DNA of 64,000 nt from Christensenellales bacterium (lineage in GTDB: Bacteria > Bacillota > Clostridia > Christensenellales > CALWSW01), in NCBI GenBank assembly GCA_050945915.1, contig JBMNTV010000001.1, positions 6,115 through 70,114 of the forward strand. The letters are read 5' to 3'. Below the pieces are notes generated by a model. It did no database searches, was not told the origin of the DNA, and saw only the letters and a list, made by a program, of their open reading frames with translations. Numbering within the stretch: the stretch's first letter is position 1; each line of letters starts with the position of its first letter. Of the stretch, positions 1-8,278 are shown in pieces. The position numbers were made by a program, and so were the translations under genes.

Positions 1-432
1 CAGCTGGAAGATGCTGATGCTGCCCACCCAGGAAGCCTGCAGAACGGCACGGGCGGCCAGCGCGGGGTTGACGATGTTGAAGCCCAGCCCGCCGAACAGC
101 TGCTTGACGACGACGATGGCAAACACCGAGCCGATCATCACCTGCCACCATTCGGCTGTGGCGGGAACGTTATAGGCCAGGAGCAAACCGGTCACAGCGG
201 CGGAAAGGTCCGTTACCGTCACCGAATGCCTGGCAGCCTTCTGGCACAAAAATTCGGCCGCCACCGCGGATATCACGCCCACCGCGATCAGAATCAGCGC
301 GTTCAGGCCGAAGAAATACACGCCTGCTATCCCTGCGGGCATCAGCGCGATGAGCACGTCGCCCATCAGGCTCTGGGTCGTTCTTGCGTCGCGAATATGA
401 GGGGACGCCGAAACGTGAAGAAGCTTGTCCAT
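1..432 (-). CDS. rnfD: Rnf electron-transport complex subunit D, N-terminal 144 codons (gene runs off window start)
   Basis: Absent from the ORF track because it is open to position 1. Hand translation from ATG at 432-430 gives MDKLLHVSASPHIRDARTTQSLMGDVLIALMPAGIAGVYFFG..., a typical RnfD/NqrB N-terminus. It starts 13 nt downstream of rnfC. Confidence 0.85.
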   Translation of the reverse strand, partial: MDKLLHVSASPHIRDARTTQSLMGDVLIALMPAGIAGVYFFGLNALILIAVGVISAVAAEFLCQKAARHSVTVTDLSAAVTGLLLAYNVPATAEWWQVMIGSVFAIVVVKQLFGGLGFNIVNPALAARAVLQASWVGSISIFQL

Positions 433-445
433 CTCTCATACCCCC

Positions 446-1771
446 TTATTTCTTCGTCGCCTTGGCGATGATCTTCTTGCCAAGGGCGATGGACTGAGCG
501 AGATCGCGTTTTGCCGGGCAGACATAGGTGCAGCAACCGCAGTTGATGCAGCTCAATGCATCCTTTTCCTGCAAAACGTCAACATTCGACCTGAGCGCCG
601 CGGCGTTGAGGGCGTACGGTTCCAGCCCCACCGGGCAGACATCCACACAACGGCCGCAGCGGATGCAGTTCGCTTCGACGACGGGCTTGTAGTCCTTCGT
701 GGAGAAAACGGTGATGCCCGAGGTTCCCTTTGTGGTGGGGATCGCGGGATCCGCCACAGCAAGGCCCATCATGGGTCCGCCGCTGATGATCTTGGCGACT
801 TCGCCTTCGTAACCGCCGCATGCCTCAAACAGATCGGTATACAGCGTTCCGCAGGGCACGACGAGGTTGGACGGCTTCCTGACCGAGCCGGTGACCGTCA
901 CCGCCCGGCGCACGAGGGGCATTCCCGTCGTGACCGCGTCCGCCACAGCAGCCGCCGTAGAAACGTTGGAAACGATGCAGCCCGCCGCAATGGGCAGCCC
1001 GCCGCGGGGAACTTCGCGCCCCGTTACGGCGTTGATCAGTTGTTTTTCACCGCCTTGGGGGTACTTGGTCTGCAGCTCGGCAACAGAAATGCCTTCGTAC
1101 CCTTCCACGGCCTCTTTCATGGCCTTGATGGCGTCGGGCTTGTTGTTCTCGATCCCGATGATGCACACGGGGGCGCCGGCGGCCTTCTTCAAAAGGGCGG
1201 CACCCAGGGCGATCTTTTCGCTGTGCTCCAGCATCATCCGGTGGTCGCTGGTCAGGAAAGGCTCACACTCCGCGCCGTTTAGGATCAGATAGTCGACCTT
1301 CTGATCGGGCTTGATGGCATACTTGACGTGGGCGGGGAACGCGGCTCCGCCCATGCCGGCGATACCGGCTTCCAGAATTATCTTTTTAATTTCATCCGGA
1401 GAGAGAGAATCGAGGGTACCTTTGGGTTGTACCGAAGGGTCCAGTTCGTCTTTGCCGTCGTTTTCGATCACAACGGACAGCACATTGGTTCCGTTGACAT
1501 GGGGGCGCGGTTCAACTGCAATGACCTTGCCGGAAACACTGGCATGGATAGGCGAAGAAACGAATCCGCCCGGTTCGCCGATCAGCTGACCGAGCAAAAC
1601 GCGATCACCCACGGCCACGCAGGGTTTGCATGGCGCGCCGATGTGCTGAGACATCGGGATGACGACCACCGCCGGCGAAAACTCGCGCAGTGCCGCATCC
1701 TTAGAGAGGGGTTTTCCCTCGTGCTGCTTACGCAGAGGGTGAACGCCCCCCTTGAAGGTTAGGGCTTTCAA
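446..1771 (-). CDS. rnfC: Rnf complex subunit C (NADH-binding, 2x[4Fe-4S])
   Basis: 441 aa starting MKALTFKGGVHP (TTG start). Central LNGAECEPFLTSD block and C-terminal cluster motifs CIRCGRCVDVCP and CINCGCCTYVCP. rnfD follows. Confidence 0.92.
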   Translation of the reverse strand: MKALTFKGGVHPLRKQHEGKPLSKDAALREFSPAVVVIPMSQHIGAPCKPCVAVGDRVLLGQLIGEPGGFVSSPIHASVSGKVIAVEPRPHVNGTNVLSVVIENDGKDELDPSVQPKGTLDSLSPDEIKKIILEAGIAGMGGAAFPAHVKYAIKPDQKVDYLILNGAECEPFLTSDHRMMLEHSEKIALGAALLKKAAGAPVCIIGIENNKPDAIKAMKEAVEGYEGISVAELQTKYPQGGEKQLINAVTGREVPRGGLPIAAGCIVSNVSTAAAVADAVTTGMPLVRRAVTVTGSVRKPSNLVVPCGTLYTDLFEACGGYEGEVAKIISGGPMMGLAVADPAIPTTKGTSGITVFSTKDYKPVVEANCIRCGRCVDVCPVGLEPYALNAAALRSNVDVLQEKDALSCINCGCCTYVCPAKRDLAQSIALGKKIIAKATKK

Positions 1772-2547
1772 ACAACTACACCTGCCTTACAATAGATTGA
1801 TGATTGATGAATCCAATGAAACTACGATAATGAATTCTCAGACTCACATTCAAATATAACTTCTCAATCCTTCTAAGTCAACCGTAGTATGAAGAATGAT
1901 CTGATTTTTGTCGAACTATCGGTGCGAACTATAGAATTATATATAAGGTATATAAAAATATGGATTGATCCCTGTTTGATTCTAGCAAACCGCCTCTTTT
2001 GGCGTCTGATCGGCACCTTCTCTCCTTCCCCGGGGCCTCGAAAAATATCGCGATGCATGCCCGGCGGAAGGTCATCCGGCTTGATGTACCCGCCAGTCGT
2101 TGTGCTTTTTTGCAAAGGTATTTGGAATGTATTGCCAGCAGCCCCCCTGGAGGAAGTCTTTTACAGTATGCGGCCTTTGGGAATCCTCTGGACACCCAAA
2201 GAGCAGCACGCTTCTGCTCAAAGTACAAACCGATCAAAAGGGCAAGCCGCCAGCGAACTACGTTGTCTTCCACCTGACCTTTGCTGGCAAGCATAGCAGC
2301 GCTGCCCTTGAAAACTCTATTAAATTGGGTCATTGGCGGGAAACAATATGATCAAACAGGCGATTGTCGGGCAAACTGAACGCACCGGTCAATCGGGGGT
2401 TCCCACATATCCCCAAATTAGGCCCAAACAGGCGAATCAAGCCATAAACACCTGGCGGATTACAAAATAATCCAGAAATAATCTTGGTTTTGCGTCCTCT
2501 ATCGCTGTTTATTGCTAAGATTCTCCGATCTTTGCGCCAGCTTCCGT

Positions 2548-2576
2548 TTGACAGATACCAACTCCTATGCTAGTAT
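2548..2576 (+). promoter_or_regulatory. Candidate sigma-A promoter TTGACA-17 nt-TAGTAT for the betaine transporter operon
   Basis: Hexamers and the 17-nt spacer were read directly. It would give a leader of about 265 nt before the ATG at 2847. Confidence 0.4.
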
Positions 2577-2655
2577 TGAGTTGTCACAACCGTGAACGGA
2601 AGCGAACAGGCCCAGCATGCAGGCAAAGCCAGCGTTCTTGCAAAAAGCGCCCCTG

Positions 2656-2682
2656 GTGTGCAACCGTTCGGAGTGTGCAACC
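2656..2682 (+). repeat. Direct repeat GTGTGCAACC x2 (17-nt register) in the predicted transporter leader
   Basis: Exact 10-mers at 2656-2665 and 2673-2682. Related GTTGTCACAACC lies near 2581. Confidence 0.6.
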
Positions 2683-2846
2683 TCTGTATTGCTCCTGTTT
2701 GAACTTGGTTTTTTCTGGCTTTGTCATCCATCTTGGAACCGAATATCGATTCCCTGATATCGCTGCGCCGAAATTCCACTCCCGTTCCGGCTGCAGTGAT
2801 TTTGTTGTGCATAAACACTCGATTCAGATGTGAAAGGAGCAAACCA

Positions 2847-3854
2847 ATGAAGAAAGCAACTGCGATCCTGCTTGCGCTTTTGCTCGTTATTGCGTTCACC
2901 GGTTGCGGCTCGTCCTCCAACCAAGGGGAGGGCGAAGTCGCGGAAAAGACCCACCTCGTCTTTGCCGATGTCGGCTGGGATTCGATTCTCTTCCACAACG
3001 CAGTGGCGGGGACGGTGGCGGAAATCGTCTTTGGCTACACCTGGGAGGAGGTCTCCGGCTCCACCCCCATCACCTCGGAGGCCCTGAAGAAAAACGAGAT
3101 CGACGTTCACATGGAAATGTGGTCGGACAACCTGGCGACCTATGCTTCGGATATTGAGAGCGGGGCGTATCAGGAACTGAGCGTCAACTTCGACGACAAC
3201 TACCAGGGCTTTTATGTCCCGCGGTATGTGATCGAAGGCGATCCCGAGCGGGGTATCGAAGCCAGCGCGCCGGATCTCAAAACCGTTGAAGACCTGGCAA
3301 AATACGCCCACCTCTTCCCGGACTTGGAATCCCCCGGAAAGGGGCGGATTTACGGCGGTATTCCCGGATGGGACATCACCGAGATCATGGGCAAAAAGGT
3401 GGAATACTACGGCCTTGATGAATACTACAACTACGTCCTTCCGGGCAGCGACGCAGCCTTGAACGCCGCGATTGTATCCGCCTGGGACAAGGGCATCCCC
3501 ATCGTGACGTATTACTGGGAGCCCACCTGGCTGATGGGCATGTATGACTTCGTCCTGCTGGAGGATGCGCCCTACGAGGGGGAAGAGGCTTATAAGGAAG
3601 GCAGGACGGAATGCCCGCCCATCAGGGTGACGGTCTGCGTCAGCAACGAATTCTATCAGTCCAATCCGGAATTCTGCGAATTCCTGAAAAAATACCGCAC
3701 CTCCTCCGCCCTGACCAGTGAAGCGCTGGCTCATATCCAGCAAACAGGGGACGATTACAAGGCAACCGCAAAATGGTTCCTGCAGAACCACCCCGAGCTG
3801 ATCGAGGAGTGGCTGACCCCTGAACAGGCCGAAGTCCTGAAGGCCGGATTGTGA
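2847..3854 (+). CDS. opuAC: Glycine betaine/proline betaine ABC transporter substrate-binding lipoprotein
   Basis: RBS AAAGGAG sits 7 nt before the ATG at 2847. Signal peptide with lipobox (MKKATAILLALLLVIAFTGC). ADVGWDSILFHNAVAGTVAE block typical of OpuAC/ProX. The upstream part of the tracked ORF (2721) was trimmed. Confidence 0.88.
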   Translation: MKKATAILLALLLVIAFTGCGSSSNQGEGEVAEKTHLVFADVGWDSILFHNAVAGTVAEIVFGYTWEEVSGSTPITSEALKKNEIDVHMEMWSDNLATYASDIESGAYQELSVNFDDNYQGFYVPRYVIEGDPERGIEASAPDLKTVEDLAKYAHLFPDLESPGKGRIYGGIPGWDITEIMGKKVEYYGLDEYYNYVLPGSDAALNAAIVSAWDKGIPIVTYYWEPTWLMGMYDFVLLEDAPYEGEEAYKEGRTECPPIRVTVCVSNEFYQSNPEFCEFLKKYRTSSALTSEALAHIQQTGDDYKATAKWFLQNHPELIEEWLTPEQAEVLKAGL

Positions 3855-3929
3855 GAGGTGTAATAGATTAATGAATACTTCCTTGAATAGCGATAACCTC
3901 CACTTTTTCGGAACCGAGGTGAACGACCG

Positions 3930-4886
3930 ATGAACTGGCTTTTCGAATTCCCCTTTGTGGCAAAGCCGGACGTCAACGCCATCGACAAGGCCACGCGTTC
4001 CTTCGCTGCAGACGCCTCCTGGTTCTTTGAAGATATCATCGGAGCTGGCCTGACCAGCTTCGTCAATGGCATCAACAGTTTGCTCAACTACATTCCCTGG
4101 ATTGTGCTCATCGCCCTTGTGTTTGCCCTGGGGGGGAAAGCACGGGGCAAGTTTACCAGCGGCATTCTTTACGCCGCAATGCTCTTCTTTATCGGCGTTG
4201 TCGGGCTGTGGGAGCTGATGCTCATGACGCTTTCCATCGTCATCGCCAGCGTGATCATCGCCCTGGTGCTCGGCTTCCCCCTCGGGATACTCATTTCCGG
4301 TTCCGAACGGGCGAACAACATCGTGCGCCCCATTATGGACACGATGCAGACCATGCCCGTATTCGTCTATCTGATCCCGGCGTTGCTGTTTTTCGGCATG
4401 GGTTCCGCTTCCGCGGTCATCGCCACGGTGATTTACGCCATCGTCCCGGTCATCCGGCTCACCAGTCTGGGAATCCGCCAGGTGGATACCGAGGTGGTCG
4501 AAGCCGCAAAGGCCTTTGGCTCCACCAGAATGCAGGCCCTGATCAAGGTCCAAATCCCCCAGGCGATGCCCACCATCATGACCGGCGTGAACCAGACCCT
4601 GATGATGGCTATGGCGATGGTGGTCACCTGCTCCATGATCGGCGCCAGGGGCTTGGGCAACGAGGTGCTGATCGCCGTGAACAGGACCGAGATCGGACGG
4701 GGACTGATTTCGGGGATTTCCGTCGTCATCCTTGCCGTGTTGCTGGACAGGTTGACCCAGGGCTGGCACGGAAACAATAAGAAGACCGAGCCAAAGGAAC
4801 GGCGCTTCCTCTCATTCCCGAAACTCACCTTGAAAAAAGCCCAAAAAAGCGCCGCTGCACAGAAGGGGGACGAGCAGAATGCCTGA
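3930..4886 (+). CDS. opuAB: Glycine betaine ABC transporter permease
   Basis: 318 aa polytopic protein. ProW/OpuAB-like core MQTMPVFVYLIPALLFFGMGSASAVIATVIYAIVPVIRLT. RBS GAGGTGA. Confidence 0.9.
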   Translation: MNWLFEFPFVAKPDVNAIDKATRSFAADASWFFEDIIGAGLTSFVNGINSLLNYIPWIVLIALVFALGGKARGKFTSGILYAAMLFFIGVVGLWELMLMTLSIVIASVIIALVLGFPLGILISGSERANNIVRPIMDTMQTMPVFVYLIPALLFFGMGSASAVIATVIYAIVPVIRLTSLGIRQVDTEVVEAAKAFGSTRMQALIKVQIPQAMPTIMTGVNQTLMMAMAMVVTCSMIGARGLGNEVLIAVNRTEIGRGLISGISVVILAVLLDRLTQGWHGNNKKTEPKERRFLSFPKLTLKKAQKSAAAQKGDEQNA

Positions 4887-6063
4887 AAAAAGCGATTATA
4901 TTATCGAAGTGAAGGGCGTTTCCAAGCTCTACGGCCCGAACAAAGCAGAAGCCGCAAGAATGATGAAAGCCGGCGCAGAAAAGGACGAGGTTTACAGAAA
5001 AACCGGCGCGACCGTCGCGCTTTGGGACGTCAACTTCAAAATCAAGCGCGGCGAAATCTTCGTGATCATCGGCCTTTCCGGCTCGGGGAAATCTACGATT
5101 GTCCGCTGCCTAAACCGACTCAACAAGCCCACCAGCGGCCAGATCTTCTTCGAAGGACAAGACCTGATGAAGTTTGGCACCAAAGAGCTTCTTGACTTCC
5201 GGCGGAAGAAGATTTCGATGGTTTTTCAATCCTTTGGGCTGATGAGCCACCGGAACGTCCTGGGGAACGTCGCCTACGGCCTTGAGGTCCGGGGGATTCC
5301 CAAAGAAGAGCGGGAAAGAAAGGCAAAAGAGGTCATCGCCATGGTCGGCCTCGAGGGATGGGAAAACCAGCCTTGCGAAAGCCTTTCTGGCGGAATGCGG
5401 CAGCGCGTGGGGATCGCCCGCGCCCTGGCAAGCGACCCCGAAGTGCTGCTGATGGACGAGCCTTTTTCCGCCTTGGACCCTCTGGTCAGAAGGGACATGC
5501 AGTTTGAGCTGCTGCAGATCCAGCGCAGGCTGGAGAAAACCGTGGTTTTCATCACCCACGACATCGACGAGGCCTTTAAGCTCGGGGATACCGTGGCAAT
5601 CATGCGGGATGGCAAGGTGATCCAGATCGACACGCCCGAACAGATGAGCGCGAACCCCGCGGACGATTACGTGCAACGCTTCATCGAGAGCGCGGACAAA
5701 TCCAAGGTGCTTTCCGCAAGAAACGTGATGATCACCCCGGCCAGCATCATCCGCGTTACGGACAGCCCCGCTTTCGCCCTGGGGGAAATGCGGAAAAACG
5801 GCCTTTCCACCGTCTATGTGGTGGACGACAAGCTGCGCCTTTGCGGGATACTGCCCATCAACGAGGCTCTGCGCGCCCACAACGAAAAGATCGCCGTGGC
5901 GGAAGTCATGCAGAAGGACATCCCCGTCTGCCAGCCCGATTCCCTCGTGGCGGAGATCATGCCCACTGCGGCAGAAGCCAGCTATCCCATCGCTGTGGTG
6001 GACGACGGGAATCGCCTGATGGGAATCGTCACCAAGGCGAACGTGCTCGCGGCCCTGATTTGA
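4879..6063 (+). CDS. opuAA: Glycine betaine ABC transporter ATPase with C-terminal CBS pair
   Basis: Walker A GLSGSGKST, signature LSGGMRQRV, Walker B LLMDEPFSALD, and a CBS-like C-terminus. Overlaps the permease gene by 8 nt. Confidence 0.93.
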   Translation: MPEKSDYIIEVKGVSKLYGPNKAEAARMMKAGAEKDEVYRKTGATVALWDVNFKIKRGEIFVIIGLSGSGKSTIVRCLNRLNKPTSGQIFFEGQDLMKFGTKELLDFRRKKISMVFQSFGLMSHRNVLGNVAYGLEVRGIPKEERERKAKEVIAMVGLEGWENQPCESLSGGMRQRVGIARALASDPEVLLMDEPFSALDPLVRRDMQFELLQIQRRLEKTVVFITHDIDEAFKLGDTVAIMRDGKVIQIDTPEQMSANPADDYVQRFIESADKSKVLSARNVMITPASIIRVTDSPAFALGEMRKNGLSTVYVVDDKLRLCGILPINEALRAHNEKIAVAEVMQKDIPVCQPDSLVAEIMPTAAEASYPIAVVDDGNRLMGIVTKANVLAALI

Positions 6064-6101
6064 CCTTCTTGTCCATCAGCCCGGCAGCTGCCGGCATCAA
6101 C

Positions 6102-6136
6102 AAAAAAGCCAGCTATGAAGCTGGCTCTTTTGTTTT
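6102..6136. terminator. Bidirectional intrinsic terminator between opuAA and the ferredoxin gene
   Basis: AAAAAA-AGCCAGC-tatgaa-GCTGGCT-CTTTTGTTTT, read directly. Confidence 0.7.
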
Positions 6137-6154
6137 ACGGAACGCGCGCTGCGT

Positions 6155-6343
6155 TCAGTCTGTGCTGATGACGCTCACCGGGCAGGCGTCCGCCGCCTCG
6201 ACAGCGCATTCTTCTTCGCTTGCATCCTCCGGCTGGTGATAGACCTCAGCCTTGCCATCGTCGTCCATCCGGAAAATATCCGGGCAGGTTGCGGCGCAAA
6301 GCCCGCACCCGATGCATCCGTCTCTGTCTATTTCTACCTTCAT
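6155..6343 (-). CDS. Small ferredoxin
   Basis: 62 aa, MKVEIDRDGCIGCGLCAATCPDIF...ACPVSVI, acidic. RBS AGGAAGG. Confidence 0.85.
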   Translation of the reverse strand: MKVEIDRDGCIGCGLCAATCPDIFRMDDDGKAEVYHQPEDASEEECAVEAADACPVSVISTD

Positions 6344-6635
6344 CTTTCTGGCCTTCCTTTTCTTATTTATTGTTTATAACAACCGTCAACTATATGTTCG
6401 ACGGCTAACAGCCATAGGCAAGTATCTTTTACGCAAGTACCGGGGATTCTCCCGCTTCGGGGATGTTCTTTCCGTTTTCCGCATCATCCCGGAGCATCGT
6501 CGCCGCTTCCTCATGCTTCAAGATGGAACCCTCCCCGGAAGTGAGCCGGGCGCCATCTGCCGCGCAGAATCGCAAAGCGTCCGATCTATTTTAGGGTCGA
6601 TGGGTTTGGGTGCTTTTCCGCCTTTACCATTACCC

Positions 6636-7340
6636 CTAATCTTCGATTGCTATTCCATCCCTGGTAATGACCACGACCTGCCAGGGAATGGTCTTTCCGC
6701 TGGCAGCAAGCGCTTGCCTGACTGCCCTCTCGATTCCGGAGCAGCAGGGAACCTCCATGCGCACCACCTTGACACTCTTAATATTGTTGTTTTTGATCAG
6801 TTCCGAAAGCTTTTCCGAATAATCCGTTTCGTCCAGCTTGGGGCAACCGATCAACGTGATCCGGTTCCGCATGAATTTTTTGTGGAAGGCGGCATAGGCA
6901 TACGCCGTGCAATCGGCAGCGATCAAAAGGTTCGCCCCGTCCAAATACGGGGCGTTGACAGGCACAAGCTTGATCTGCACAGGCCACTGCCCCAGCTCGC
7001 TCTGGGCATAGTCCGCATCCTCGCGAAGGGATTCGCCCTTTTTCTGGATGCTTGCGGCCCGGTTCATGGCCGCACAGGCGGAAGACGGGCAGCCCGCTGC
7101 CTTCTTTGCAGCGTTTTTCAGCACGGCTTCCTTGTCAAAGGGCGCGGCCTCCCTTTCCACAAAGCTGATCGCTCCGGTGGGGCAAACGGGAAGGCAGTCC
7201 CCCAGCCCGTCGCAATAATCGTCCCGCAGCAGTTTCGCCTTTCCACCGACGATGCCGATAGCCCCTTCGTGGCAGGCTGTGACACAAAGACCGCATCCAT
7301 TACATTTTTCTTCGTTTATATCAATAATCCTTCGAATCAT
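6636..7340 (-). CDS. 4Fe-4S dicluster ferredoxin-like protein with Cys-rich C-terminal domain
   Basis: 234 aa. CNGCGLCVTACHEG and CDGLGDCLPVCPTG motifs, then C-terminal GCPKLD...VPCCSG. Divergent from a Crp/Fnr gene. Confidence 0.8.
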   Translation of the reverse strand: MIRRIIDINEEKCNGCGLCVTACHEGAIGIVGGKAKLLRDDYCDGLGDCLPVCPTGAISFVEREAAPFDKEAVLKNAAKKAAGCPSSACAAMNRAASIQKKGESLREDADYAQSELGQWPVQIKLVPVNAPYLDGANLLIAADCTAYAYAAFHKKFMRNRITLIGCPKLDETDYSEKLSELIKNNNIKSVKVVRMEVPCCSGIERAVRQALAASGKTIPWQVVVITRDGIAIED

Positions 7341-7429
7341 TTCAGATTTTTCCCTTTCTTGTTTTCCTGATTGAACTATACCATACTTGACCTGAACAAT
7401 CCATTGTATTTACAACAAAGGAGCTGCCA

Positions 7430-8098
7430 ATGGAAGGATTTTTGCCCGTTCTTTGCAACTCTTTGCTTTTTCGCGGCATGGACCCCAAGGATCTGCCCTT
7501 TATGCTGGACTGCTTGAACGCCCGCAGAACCCGGCACGCAAGGCAGGGCCTCATCCTTTGCGAAGGCGAGAGGGTTTCGGAGCTGGGGGTCGTGCTTTCG
7601 GGGCAGGCCCAGATCACAAAGGACGATTATATGGGCAATCGCACCATCATTGCGGATCTCCTTCCGGGGGACATGTTTGCCGAAGCCTACGCCTTCCGCA
7701 GGGAGTTGCCGATCCCCATCAATGTCGTCAGCCTCACCGAAAGCGAGATCCTCTGGTTGGACTGCGGCCGGATCACAGGGATCTGCCCGCAGGTCTGCGA
7801 TTTTCACACGAGGCTGGTCGAAAACCTGCTTTTCATCATGGCATCCAAAAACATCCTGCTCAACCGAAAAATCGATCATCTGTCCAAGCGGACGACCCGG
7901 GAAAAACTGCTTTCCTACCTTTCGGATCAGGCGTTTTTGCAAGGGTCCAAGGAGTTCGACATTCCCTTTAACCGTCAAGAGCTGGCCGACTACCTTTGCG
8001 TGGACAGGAGCGCGATGTCCAGCGAACTGAGCAGAATGCAGGCTGAAGGACTCATCCGATACCAGCGCAACCACTTCTCTTTTCCCAGCGACCGGTGA
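7430..8098 (+). CDS. Crp/Fnr family transcriptional regulator
   Basis: 222 aa. N-terminal cNMP-binding-like fold (LFRGMDPKDL...GDMFAEAYAF) and C-terminal HTH (RQELADYLCVDRSAMSSELSRM). RBS AAGGAG. Confidence 0.88.
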   Translation: MEGFLPVLCNSLLFRGMDPKDLPFMLDCLNARRTRHARQGLILCEGERVSELGVVLSGQAQITKDDYMGNRTIIADLLPGDMFAEAYAFRRELPIPINVVSLTESEILWLDCGRITGICPQVCDFHTRLVENLLFIMASKNILLNRKIDHLSKRTTREKLLSYLSDQAFLQGSKEFDIPFNRQELADYLCVDRSAMSSELSRMQAEGLIRYQRNHFSFPSDR

Positions 8099-8107
8099 AT
8101 CAATCCT

Positions 8108-8156
8108 GCCACAAAAGCCATGGCAAGGCAGCCGCCTTGACCATGGCTTTTGTGGC
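8108..8156. repeat. 49-nt near-perfect palindrome (22-bp stem, AGCC loop, one bulged A) directly after the Crp/Fnr stop
   Basis: GCCACAAAAGCCATGGCAAGGC-AGCC-GCCTTG(A)CCATGGCTTTTGTGGC, read directly. No T-tract follows. Confidence 0.8.
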
Positions 8157-8278
8157 AATTCCCGCGCCGGAACTTTAGCCGTTTCCGCGTCTCCTGTCCG
8201 CTGCCGGGAAGGTCGTACATAAGTCTTGGAAAAGCAGTATAAACTACCAACTAAACCGGCGAAGAGGGAAGTCAACGG

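Noticed and set aside
2385-2425. tmRNA or tRNA-like T-arm (CGGGGGTTCCCACATATCCCC)
   Set aside because: The loop is not a T-loop (no TTCGAAT-type sequence), there is no acceptor stem or CCA context, and no tag-peptide ORF.
2340-2460. c-di-AMP (ydaO) riboswitch upstream of the osmoprotectant transporter
   Set aside because: AATCGGGGGTTCCCA and GGCGAATCAAGCC loosely recall ydaO blocks. The highly conserved 3' element (…CCGA.CCCG.CAGCUAACC.CGUAAGC…) is absent, and the region lies upstream of the predicted promoter.
2724-4769. 681-aa ORF on the minus strand
   Set aside because: It lies antisense to the well-supported opuAC/opuAB genes. The product is Gly/Asp/His/Arg-rich low complexity and there is no RBS. 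This is the usual open antisense frame of GC-rich coding DNA.
7404-7415. TTGTATTTACAA palindrome as a Crp/Fnr operator
   Set aside because: Only 5-bp arms with a 2-nt centre, much shorter than the 5-6-5 or 5-4-5 sites of this family. It was kept only as a remark within a finding.
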